Of a stretch of 64,000 nucleotides of DNA, positions 11,701-22,534 are shown one piece after another (position 1 is the first letter of the stretch; each line of letters opens with the position of its first letter). The stretch comes from Amphiscolops sp. MND2022 (Eukaryota): assembly GCA_964187785.1 (NCBI GenBank), contig OZ076411.1, forward strand, positions 54,312,001-54,376,000, written 5' to 3'. Below the pieces are notes generated by a model. It was not told the DNA's origin. It saw only the letters and a list, made by a program, of their open reading frames with translations, and did no database searches. The position numbers and the translations under genes are program-made.

Positions 11701-14700
11701 CTTCTACCATGAATTGCAATTGTAAATACATCAACCAAGTCTGATCATAAGCAATCAATCTCAATTCGGTTCTTCATTCCTACCCAACCTGTTTTAAAAT
11801 GTTGTGGGCCTAGCAGCTTCCCAGACGATGCCATCTACGTAACAAGAGTATGACTTCCCCACTTTTCTGGAGCAGTTCGAAGCAAGAGTCAATGCCCAAG
11901 GATTTTCTGACTGCCTTTTGGACAAAATCAAAGCAAAACCTCAAAAAGACGTGGAGACGAATGGCGAACGTGTCAAGCGAGAGAGGGAAGAAGCAGATCT
12001 AGCCAAACTCCAGTACAAGGTGAAGCGCGAGCTGGTTCAGTGCCTTAACAAGGCAAAAATCATTTTCATCAGAGGGCACAACCCGAATGGGACTGCAGCC
12101 TGGACAGATTTGACGAAGCTCCACAAAGTAACTGAACGGCCTCGTGTTCAGTCATTGATGACACAGCTTACTGTTCTCAAGGTGACATCAGGGGAGAAGG
12201 TGACTGACTACCTCACCAAAGCAGAAGGGTTCTAACTGGATCTGGTTGAAGCGGGGGAAGTGGTTTCTCAAGGTCTTCCAAGTGACTTCGAGAGTGTGAT
12301 GGCAGTCCTCAATTCCGTCACAGCAAAGGGGTACTACGAGATGAAGCAGGGCTTGGACAACTTCGCAGCAACAGGGGTCTCAGTGTTTCCAGCGAGACAT
12401 CGATGACAGCCCTTCACTCAGCCGGGAGGAAGCTTCCAACGTGCTTGAAGTGTGGAAAAATGGGTTACCGAGCTGAAGACTGCCACAGTCGGGAGACGAG
12501 GACTTGCTTCAACTGTGGTCAGAGGGGGCATCTCACTTCATCTTGCAGGAAGTGACAGCAAAGAAGCTCAAGTGGAGGATGTGGCTCGGGTCAATCCAGC
12601 AACCATTCATCAGCGGACTTCTTCAGCTTCGGGGCTTTCAGGGTTGGTTGCTACGACAAGAGGAGCATTGAGCTTCTCATTGGCTTTGGAAGCATCGGCT
12701 TCATGATCAAGAACAAGGAACTCTTCTCCGATCTGGACGAGGGATTTCTGGCAGACGTATGCAACGCTAACAGCAGTCGTTCAGAGATCAGAGGACGCGG
12801 GACAGAACGATGCTTTGTGAAGGACAATACAGGCAGTTCTTGTCTACTGGAACTGAGGCATGCCTTCTGGATGCCATCCTACGCGAGGAATCTGATGTCA
12901 GTCAAGCGATTGACGTACAAGGGGGCATTGATCCAGTTCAAAGACGACCCCCAACCATCAAGATGCCCAATGGAACTGTTGTGCCAATGATGACAAATGA
13001 CAAACTTTTCAGTGTGATGGCTGAACTTGTGGAGACGGGGTCACTGGCAATGATGTCTCACACTATCAAGCACTGGCATCGAGTGATGGGGCACAACAAC
13101 TGGTACGATGTGGCAAAGTTGCAGCACGAGGTTGTGGGCATGAACATCTCTGGCTCCGAAAAGAAGACGAACTGCAACATCTGCTGCACCGAGTAGGCGA
13201 AGCGGGCATCCATTCCGAAGACCTGGGGCACTCGAGCGAAAACGAAACTGGCTATCGTTCACCCAGACGTTCTCGGACTCATTCAGCAGGAGACCCACGA
13301 GGGTTTTCGCTATGCAGTGGGCTTCATCGACAATTATAGCAATTTCGGGGCAGTATTCCCAATGAAGTCAAAGGATGAGGTCACAGCAAAACTACAACGA
13401 TTCTTCATCGATTTTGGCAGGCCTGGCACCTCGATCTCAGACGGGGATCTCGTGTTCAAGTCAAAGCAGTTCAGTGACTTGTGCACCTCCAATGGCATCA
13501 AACAGAAGTTCTCTGCTCCCTACATACCCGGGGAAAACGGCAAAATTGAGCGAGCATGGAGGGATCCCAAAGCAGTTCTGGCCTTTTGCTCTTACAAGTT
13601 CCATCTACCTGAAGAATCGATCAATCCACTGGGCGCATGGCAAGACCCTTTTGAGATGCTTCACGGAAGCAAGCCTGACCTTTCACATCTTCACGTGTTT
13701 GAGTGCCAGTCGTTTGTGCTCAACGAAGTCAGGAAGAAGCTGGACAGCAATGCACGGGAAGCTATTCTACTGGGATACTCGGTAAATTCTAAGGCATATG
13801 TGGTGGCCTCAACAGACGGGTCAGAGGCAAGGGCACGAAAGGTCTGTGTATCACCAAACGTCAACTTCAACGACGATGCATTTCCTCACCAACGTGGTTT
13901 TGTAGTCACCCAAGAGGAGAGCGAGGACGATGATGCATCTCAATGGGATATTGTTGATCTGAAATTGGGGTCAGATGAAGAATGCGAGGCCACTTCTACG
14001 AAAACCCATGCAATCCAGGGCCAATCAGAAGTTACCATCAATCCAGATGAAGGGACACTCAATGTACAGACAGTAGAATAGCAGTGCAGCAAATGACAAC
14101 CAGGTGTTCGGATAGGACTCGAAGGGCGCCTCAACCTTTCGGCGGCTATGTGACAGGGAGACATGCACTTCACTGTGATGCTTTGACTTCAAGCGGCCTT
14201 CCAAGCAATACAGCAGACGCCCTTGCGGATCCCAACTGGAAAGCAGCGATGGACAGAGAGTTCAAATCACTGGAAGAAAATGGTGTCTGGGAGTTAGTCA
14301 AGCCACCAGCAGAAAAAGGCATTTTGCTCACAAACTAGACGACGAAGGAAACGTGGTTAAGTACAAGACACGATTCGTGGCACGGGGGTTCACGCAGACG
14401 CCAGGCATTGATTTTCACGACACCTGCTCACCAAGCTTTCTGCACTCAGAACTGTCCTGGCATATGGGTTGAAGCTGTGTATGCATTTCAATCAGATGGA
14501 CATAAAGACAGCCTACTTGATTGCACCAACTCAAAAAGACATCTACATGGTGCAGCCAGAGGGGTATCAAAAGGGTAAACAGATGGTGTGCAAGCTTAAA
14601 TGGTCATTTTATGGACAGAAGCAGTCGGGGCGCAATTGGTTTGAGTGTCTCTCTTCTCATCTCTTTGAGCGTCAATTTTAAGGCATCAGTTCACGATCAT

Positions 14701-15600
14701 TGCTTGCTGACTCTGACGAGGAGTGATCACAAGTGCTGGATAGTGATCCGGGTGGATGATATTCTCTACGGGTCAACAGACAGTCAATTCACCACGTGGC
14801 TCAATGACAAGACGAGTCAGCGGTTCAACATTGGCGAAAGCGGTTCTCTGACGTGGTTCTTGTTAATTCCCTTTCAAGTGGGGTGACGGTTCGCTAACAA
14901 GGAAGCATCAGGGGTATGTAAGCAACCCACTTCGCGAACACGGTATAGGCGAGTGCAAGGCAGCTTCAACACCACTCGCAGACAAGCTGGAGCTGACGAA
15001 AAATCAAATGCCAGAAGACGGATCGGATGAGCATTCGCAAATGATGAGACATGACTACAGATGCCTAGTGAGTAGCATTGCTCACCTCCCATTGTCCACT
15101 CGACCTGACCTGGCATTCTCAGCCTACCTATTTTCTCAATTTCTCAGCAACCCTGGATTTTCTCACTGGCAAGCAGCGAAGCACGTGTTACGCTACCACA
15201 GAGGCACAACTGACGTGGGCACCACTTTCATGAAGTGCGATGATACAGGACTAAATGGGTACACGAAGTCATACTATGCCAGCTGCAAGGACGATAGACG
15301 AAGCATCACTGGTTTCTGCTTCAACGTGGGCAGTGGGGCAATATCCAACACAAACTTTTTTAAAACGAATAAAACTTCGAAAGGACGGGGGAGAGGAAGA
15401 GATTTTGGAAGAGTGCTTTTTCTACCAAGCCTTGTCGAGCGTTTGACATAACTGGATGGGACTTTCAATTTATTCATCAAAGCAGTTACAACTTTAACGT
15501 CATCATTGCTCTCCTTCACATTATACAACGCAACTCATTGAGAAGCAGTGGAGTCGTAGTCACGTTCGTCCATCGATTTTCGAGCAAGCGAAAATTGACT
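8705..15600 (-). mobile_element. Degenerate CR1/L2-group LINE, ORF1 interrupted by a Copia element
   Basis: ORF1 pieces (RSTRLGRK...PRPFEVLF / LLLANVHFLK...KWTDRQREK). APE endonuclease (FLTETWW...RGGVAIL, 10718-11098). RT (SNYRPIRLL; YEEAFDKVSH, 9417-9877). C-terminal KTFFIRAAEMVNYL and an A-run at ~8705. The 5' boundary is approximate. Confidence 0.85.
11463..15350 (+). mobile_element. Ty1/Copia retrotransposon, 3'-truncated and degenerate
   Basis: TG-starting 5' LTR ~11463-11799. Copia-like PBS gttgtgggcctag (~11801). gag with CLKCGKMGYRAEDC knuckle, GAG-pre-integrase WHRVMGH, integrase FIDNYS...NGKIERAW, RT NQMDIKTAYL/KQSGRNW/RVDDIL. Ends at the start of RNase H (GSGAIS). Confidence 0.92.
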
Positions 15601-16182
15601 TGATGATCATCAGATACACCTAGAGTGGAACTTGAGTACTTATTAGATAATGGATTGACAATAATTCAGTAGTTAACGCCATAATAAATTCATCTGGGGA
15701 GTTTTACGAACGCGTGGAAGACTATACACAAACATCTGTTACGCATCAGGTATAGTTATTAGGTTTAGGGAATTAAGTTTTATTCATCATATCTTTTTAT
15801 GATTCATGGTTTGTTTAGGTACCAACGGCTCATCACATCTACAATCAAGAAGCCAACTTGACATTCGCAGAATTTGAAAATGAGGTTGAAGAGGACAGTT
15901 TCTCCGTCAAAGATTATTTAAAGAATTTTAGGACTTCGTCAGCTGACGTTTTCATTGGGCGCATCTCAAAGAATTTTCTACAGAATCGTCTACTTGCTGC
16001 AAAACACTCTCGCAACGTATTTCTCATCAAATATTTATTTTTGATGAACTAACATTTACGTTTCTACGGTTTTCTGTTAACATATTTTGGTTTAAGAAGT
16101 TAATTTTTTATTCCTGAGCGTTTTATGAAGGTATGTGATCTCATACAGCAGTAGAATTGCGTACAGAGTAAGCGATGAAAAG

Positions 16183-16625
16183 CAGGCATTTCGGACTCGG
16201 GTCCGGGTTTTCGGGTTCGGGTCGGGTTTTTTGGGTGTTCGAGAATTTTCGGGCTCTCGGATCGGGTTCGTGTATCGTAAAAGTTTTGGGTTCGGGTTTC
16301 GGGTATCAAAATCCGGGTATTGGGGTATGTCTGTCTGCTTTCTCGTTCTGTTTTTTCTCGTTTTAATTTTTGTATATCGCATTTTGTATATTAAAGTGTG
16401 CAACTCTCAACGGTTCATTCTATGCCACTTTGCTCACATTTCGTTTCTGAGCAGCCTTTTGTTCATCTTTTGTTATAATATCGTTAAGTTCTAATACTTA
16501 AACTCTGTTATTAATAGTTTTCAACATGAGATTTTGATTAGAAACATCCATTTCCTCCTCGTTGTTGCTTCTGAAAATTTTCGGGTTTCGTTCGGGTATT
16601 TGAAAAATTTCGGGTTTCGGATTCT
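16183..16625. repeat. Non-autonomous DNA-transposon-like end with CGGGTT subterminal repeats
   Basis: caggcatttcggactcggg followed by many ttcgggtt motifs (16190-16325, 16580-16620); the other terminus was not found. Confidence 0.4.
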
Positions 16626-18590
16626 TTGACAAGTCTTCCACTTTATATTTGAGTCCTCTTACATTCCAGGTGGCTATTTTGAAGGTCTGTTTTAGGTTCT
16701 GACTTAGGTCATCACACCGCTCATCCATCGAAGACCTGAGTCTCAAAAATTTTGAAACAAACAGAAAGACCAAACAACAATCTGATGGTCATAAATATGT
16801 ATGCACCGTGCATGGGATTAGTGGACAAGGATGAATCTCAAGGCAGAAATGTTTTATATCCACCTAAATGAAGCCTTCAAGAGATTCAGAGGCATGGACT
16901 GCATGATAACTGGAGACTTCAACGCCAAGCCTGACAAGCAAGCCAGTACTGAAGCCATAGGTGCGCATGCACGAGACAACAGGAACAAAAACGGCGAATA
17001 TCTCCTACATTTTCTATGCGAAAACAAACTTATGCCTCAAACAGCATTTTCAAGCATAATGCGTGTCATATAACAACATGGGAAGGATGGATTAACAACA
17101 GAAAAGTCAATAATCAGATAAATTTCATCCTTCTGAGATTCTCAAGAAAGCATTCGATTTTAAAGGCGAGATCGTTTATTGTGTTCAGTGTATAAACTGA
17201 TCACAGACTGGCTTTAACGACCCTCAGAAGAGCAAATGATTTCGAAAGAAACAAAACACAGAAGATCAGCGCAAGGTCAGAAAATAAAGTATTATCAACT
17301 TCGCGGTCAAAGAAACATAACATTATAGAGAAAATGTCGCAGTGTAAAGATGGGGAAAAGTTGAAAGATCTGATTAGGTAGAAAGCCAGAATCACAAATT
17401 GCATCAAAAGAAGAACTGGATATCTGGAAACGGACACCATGCTTGATGAAGCGAAGGAGATCATGAGAACAAAAGACAACGCGCAATCCTCACTTGTCAT
17501 CAAAAAAGTCCTGAAAAAGAGAAAAAAGAGAGTGAAAGAACACAAAGCAATTGAAAAACGGACAAAGCACTTCAGTGAACAGTTCTATTGTGAACGGTGC
17601 CAGTCGATAAGTGCAGGCCAACCAACGTCAGTAGAAAGTTCAGAGGTTGCCAAAGCAGTTGTCAAACTGGAATCGGGAAAGCTCCTGGGTCGGATGATCT
17701 TACGGCCGAAGAACTGAAGGAAATGGATCTACAACTGATAGAATGCAAACTGAATGAGTTCATCAACAAGAAGAAAGACAAAACTCTGACAGAGGGGTAT
17801 CAAATACCAATTGATAAACCGGGCAAGGATGCTACGAAACCAGAGAACTACAGACCAGTAACGCTGCTATCAGTCTGGAAGAAGCTACTCTCAGAGATCG
17901 TACTCCAAAGAATTAATCCCATCAGTGAGCAATCGTTATCCAACACGCAAGTTGCATATAGACAAAATCGATCCACTGGCGACGTAGTACTTGGGCACAA
18001 ATACATGCTAGCCGGTACTATGGGCAAAGTGTTTAACAAATATTGTGTCGGCATAGACATGTCTAAGGCTTTCGATAATGTCATCCGAAGCAAACTGATT
18101 CATATACTGAGAACCAGAGGTGTTGAAGACAAAGAACTAGATCTGATCCAGCTGCTGTTCTCAAACACTACACTCCAGATAAAAAGACGAAAACAGAAAG
18201 GAAGCTGTTTCGAAACCAATAAAAGCGTATTCCAAGGGGACGGACTGTCGCCAAGGCTGTTCACTGTTTACATGGACGAAGCGCTTAGAGAAATAGATCA
18301 GTATCTCACTTCCGATCACAGCTATGCAGCCGAAGGAACGTTGTGCCACACGGACAGGATTATCAAAACCACACCGCCCCCAGTATCCCAAAACACTTGG
18401 AATTTGCAGATGATGTGGACTTTCTCTGCGAATCCGAAGAGCAGGCTGAAAGTGTCGTCAAAATAGCAAAAAGTCCTAGACGAGCTGAATTTGCAAGTAA
18501 ACGACACAAAAACAGATTTTCCAATACCACAGAGACACAGACCTCAGGAAAATCAAAAAATCAGGAAACATTCTCGACGAAGGAGCTGAC
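16625..18590 (+). mobile_element. Degenerate RTE-like LINE with an inverted 5' segment
   Basis: Plus strand: LMVINMYAP, MITGDFNAK, RNKNGEYLL; RT ENYRPVTLLS, GIDMSKAFD, FQGDGLSPRLF, LEFADDVDFL. The N-terminal FKIATWNVRGL lies on the minus strand (16625-16773). Confidence 0.85.
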
Positions 18591-19040
18591 TGCTGAAAAG
18601 TGAATTCCAATTCCGAGCTCTTGGAATTGACTCAATACTCAATTGCAATTCCACCAGATACTCAATTTTCAATTCCACTAAAACTCAATTAATTGAAATC
18701 TTCGCTTGATTTATGTTTTCGTTCAAAAACATCTTTGACTTCATCAACTTTAGAGTTAATTGTTAAGAAGAGAACTTGAATTAACTAAGTTGAGTAAAAA
18801 TCCAACTAGATCCTGTATGGAATATCAGACACAAAGTCGCATTCAAGCAATATAATGATATATCTGTATGATGAAAATACGGTTCGATTTCTGGATAGAT
18901 TTAAGCTGGAGAACGTCTCCGGGTCTTGTGCAGGTGCCCACAATTATTAATTGCAATAAAAATAACATTTAAAATCTCAAAAAACAATTATTTGAAAATT
19001 AGACACTTCATGGAACAATTATTGCAATAATTGGCAAAAA

Positions 19041-19388
19041 TTGGCAAATGAAAACATCAGTTGTCAAAGCATAAATTCAGACAAAATTGATAAAAATCTG
19101 CCCAAAAATAAGGAACCCAAAGATTCATTCAGTAGCGTTGACGACTTCGTTGACCGGATTCAGGTCCCACAGTCTCTTGTTCGACATCAGAAACAGCTGT
19201 TTGCTCTTTGCTTCCCAGAATCATCCGACATTGTCGCATATATTAATTTGAATAAATTTCAAAACGATTCCTCAAAAAAGTGGAAAAAATTATTGAATTC
19301 GTTTGCAGACCACGAGTTGTTCAATTTGAAACAACATCAAGTGAAATATTTTGGAAGAAATGTGTTTTTGTACTTTGTATATTTATAA
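19041..19388 (+). other. Small unknown ORF in repeat A (copies at 21374-21688 and 23708-24019)
   Basis: 103-115 codons open in all three copies, with an in-frame 3-nt deletion in copy 3. TTG start only; no recognisable domain. Confidence 0.35.
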
Positions 19389-19409
19389 AGCTTGAAAGCG
19401 CTCTTCACC

Positions 19410-20238
19410 TTATGATAACCTGGACCGTCTTTTCTCACTACTTCTTCCCCGCGAACCCGGCTGTCTTATCGCACGCCTCACTCCTTGAGGCTGATATTGC
19501 GCACCCAGGCGCTGAATTCGCTCTTCCTCGGCCTCCTCGACCTTCAGTGTGGTGATCATCAAAGCTGCTGGCCCTGGTCCTGTCAATACACAGTGTGCGG
19601 TCAAGGAGGAAAACAGGACCACATCACCGGGCTCCTGGATGCAGTACGCTATATGTTCCCGGAATTGCAGCAAGTCATCCCGGAGCGTACTAGGCAGGGA
19701 ACGAAGCCTTTCCAACGAAGGCACGATGCGTTGAATGCAGAGGGTCTTCACCTCGCGTGTGCGAGTGGTGAAGGACCACAACTTTCTCCCCCTTTTCAGC
19801 TGGCTGACAATACTTCCTCCCGGGTTGGAGTCTATGTGCCAACCACTCCATGCCCAATCACCACTTGCAAGGAGTGAGACGTGCTCGATGGAGTGCCCGC
19901 CAATACCTTGGACAACCTCCACATACTGCTCTCCTAGCGGGTCCGGGTATAGGGCCTCATATCGCCAGGGAGCCTCTGGAAGACCATCGAAAGCAGCGTC
20001 CTTCATCCGTGTGCCCTTGAAGGTTGCCAGAAGCTAAGCTGCTTCTCACTACGGAAACAAACAGCAACCCTCCTCGCTGATCCGTTGGTGTAACGCAGCA
20101 CCGGATTGCCACGTATAATAATGGGGATGTTCTGTTTCCTCAAGAAATCCGTTATGCCCCCTCCCTCACCCGAGTCAAAGGAAGCCTCCCCGACTCTAAC
20201 TCCAATGTCAGGCTTAATGCAGCCTCAAGCTCATTCAT
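19410..20238 (-). pseudogene. JmjC-domain ORF copy 1, frameshifted
   Basis: Same JmjC motifs as copy 2. ATG at 20238, but a 5-bp duplication (aagct aagct, 20031-20040) breaks the frame. Confidence 0.85.
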
Positions 20239-20339
20239 CTCTAAAATAGCAAACTTGAATCTTTCTTCTTGTATATTTGTGGTTGGAATTGTGATTTATA
20301 ACTTTTAGTTGAAAACGAATTTTTGAGTTCATACAAGCT

Positions 20340-20681
20340 GGTTGGGCCGAAGTAGGTCGAAGGAACGGGATCAAAAATCAGAGTTAGTCCTCAGGTCGAC
20401 ATATCAAATTTTTGAATGGGATCGAAACAACTCGGATAGAAATTTTTATAACGTAGTCAGATATGTTCACATACCCCTAGTGCCCTGAATGCAGGAGCGA
20501 AGCGAAGCGGTGCCATATGGCCATGCCTCAATGTTGCTACTTGGCGAAGGGAGCGAAGCGACTGAGCCATACAACAAATACGATAAAATTCGACCGGATT
20601 CCATTCGATCCCTGCCATTCGATCAAAAGGTTCGACCTCTGTCCTTTCGACCAGAAAAATTCGACCTATTTACAGCCATCC
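20340..20681. mobile_element. MULE-like MITE (second copy 22669-23015)
   Basis: GG...CC ends with imperfect TIRs (ggttgggccgaagtaggtcgaa vs ggatggctgtaaataggtcgaa), 9-bp TSD atacaagct, internal inverted TCGACC repeats. Confidence 0.7.
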
Positions 20682-21742
20682 ATACAAGCTCACTGTGACA
20701 ACGCGCTGAATGCTATCTTTGTTTGATTGACCTTTCCCAACCCCATTCATTCTCATTCCTTTTGCTGAATACATGTTTTACGTTGCCTATTTGTTGTATA
20801 GACCGAATTGACCGAGGTGTTTTGCCAATGCATACAACATCTTTGTTAGCCAATAAGCTTGCAGTTACATAACTCCAATTGCATCATACTCTGTCATTTG
20901 TGAACTGTCTTGAACTGCAAAAACATGCAAAACGCAATAATCTTTTGATTTAATAAAGCTTTAAAACTTCAACTCAGTTTTGTTCGAGACTCTTCAGCAG
21001 AAATCATAATCTTACTTCCTGATAGTGGTCAGGTGGTCCGCCATTCAAGAACCAAGGGCGAGACTACTTCGCAAGCTACAAACGAAGTATTCTCGCAAAC
21101 AACAGAGGGACATCGGCGCGAACAGACATTGTCAACATGAAACTATTTATTAAGTTTATCACAAGAATTAGGCTTGAGCAGGGAAAAGTCGAAACGAAAT
21201 TCTAGATAAATAGATTGTAAGTGAATATCCTCGAATGTGGGCATGTCACGACCAAGTTTGTTTCGAGGTCATTGTTAGGCGAGTTGTATACGCCAAACAT
21301 AGTACGATTATTGAGAATACGAATTAACCGGATGATGTTACTTTGAAACATATATTGCAATGATTGGCATTAATTGGCAAATGAAAACATCAGTTGTCGA
21401 TGCATAAATTCAGACAAAATTGATGAATGTTTGCCCGAAAATAATGAACCCAAAGAGTCATTCAGTAGCGTTGACGACTTTGTTGACGAGACTCAGGTCC
21501 CACAGTCTCTTGTTCGACATCAGAAACAGCTGTTTGCTCTTTGTTTCCCAGAATCATCCGACATTGTCGCATATATTAATTTGAATAAATTTCAAAATGA
21601 TTCCTCAAAAAAGTGGAAAAATTTATTGAATTCGTTTGCAGACCACGAGTTGTTCAATTTGAAACAACATCAAATGAAATATTTTTGAAGAAATGTGTTT
21701 TTGTACTTTGTATATTTATAAAGCTTGAAAGCGCTCTTCACC

Positions 21743-22534
21743 TTATGATAACCTGGACCGTCTTTTCTCCCTACTTCTTCCCCGCGAACCCGGCTGTCTT
21801 ATCGCACGCCTCACTCCTTGAGGCTGATATTGCGCACCCAGGCGCTGAATTCGCTCTTCCTCGGCCTCCTCGACCTTCAGTGTGGTGATCATCAAAGCTG
21901 CTGGCCCTGGTCCCGTCAATACACAGTGTGCGGTCAAGGAGGAAAACAGGACCACATCACCGGGCTCCTGGATGCAGTACGCTATATGTTCCCGGAATTG
22001 CAGCAAGTCATCCGGGAGCGTACTAGGCAGGGAATGAAGCCTTTCCAACGAAGGCACGATGCGTTGCATGCAGAGGGTCTTCACCTCGCGTGTGCGAGTG
22101 GTGAAGGACCACAACTTCCTCCCCCTTTCCAGCTGGCTGACAATGCTTCCTCCCGGGTTGGAGTCTATGTGCCAACCACTCCATGCCCAACCACCACTTG
22201 CAAGGAGTGAGACGTGCTCGATGGAGTGCCCGCCAATACCTTGGACAACCTCCACATACTGCTCTCCTAGCGGGTCCGGGTATAGGGCCTCATATCGCCA
22301 GGGAGCCTCTGGAAGACCATCGAAAGCAGCGTCCTTCACCCGTGTGCCCTTGAAGGTTGCCAGAAGCTGCTTCTCACTACGGAAACAAACAGCAACCCTC
22401 CTCGCTGATCCGTTGGTGTAACGCAGCACAGGATTGCCACGTATAATAATGGGGATGTTCTGTTCCCTCAAGAAATCCGTTATGCCCCCCTCCCTCACCC
22501 GAGTCAAAGGAAGCCTCCCCGACTCTAACTCCAA
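21743..22534 (-). CDS. Stand-alone JmjC Fe(II)/2-oxoglutarate dioxygenase-like ORF (263 aa), copy 2; start codon uncertain
   Basis: SGWHIDSNPGGS (HxD), GRKLW (2OG-binding Lys), CIQEPGDVVLFSSLTAHCVLT (distal His). Intronless. No in-frame ATG near the 5' end (the ATG of copy 1 reads ATT here). Confidence 0.72.
   Translation of the reverse strand: MELESGRLPLTRVREGGITDFLREQNIPIIIRGNPVLRYTNGSARRVAVCFRSEKQLLATFKGTRVKDAAFDGLPEAPWRYEALYPDPLGEQYVEVVQGIGGHSIEHVSLLASGGWAWSGWHIDSNPGGSIVSQLERGRKLWSFTTRTREVKTLCMQRIVPSLERLHSLPSTLPDDLLQFREHIAYCIQEPGDVVLFSSLTAHCVLTGPGPAALMITTLKVEEAEEERIQRLGAQYQPQGVRRAIRQPGSRGRSREKRRSRLS

Noticed and set aside
11461-15352. 2-bp CA target-site duplication implying a novel integration mode for the Copia
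   Set aside because: More simply explained by a deletion removing the 3' LTR and most of a normal 5-bp TSD.
15858-16052. hAT dimerisation-like fragment (FRTSSADV)
   Set aside because: Too short and degenerate, and no associated termini were found.
21743-22534. Horizontal transfer of JmjC inferred from higher GC and lack of introns
   Set aside because: Host exons here (SYS1, TMBIM6 exon 4) are similarly GC-rich, so composition is not diagnostic without a phylogeny.
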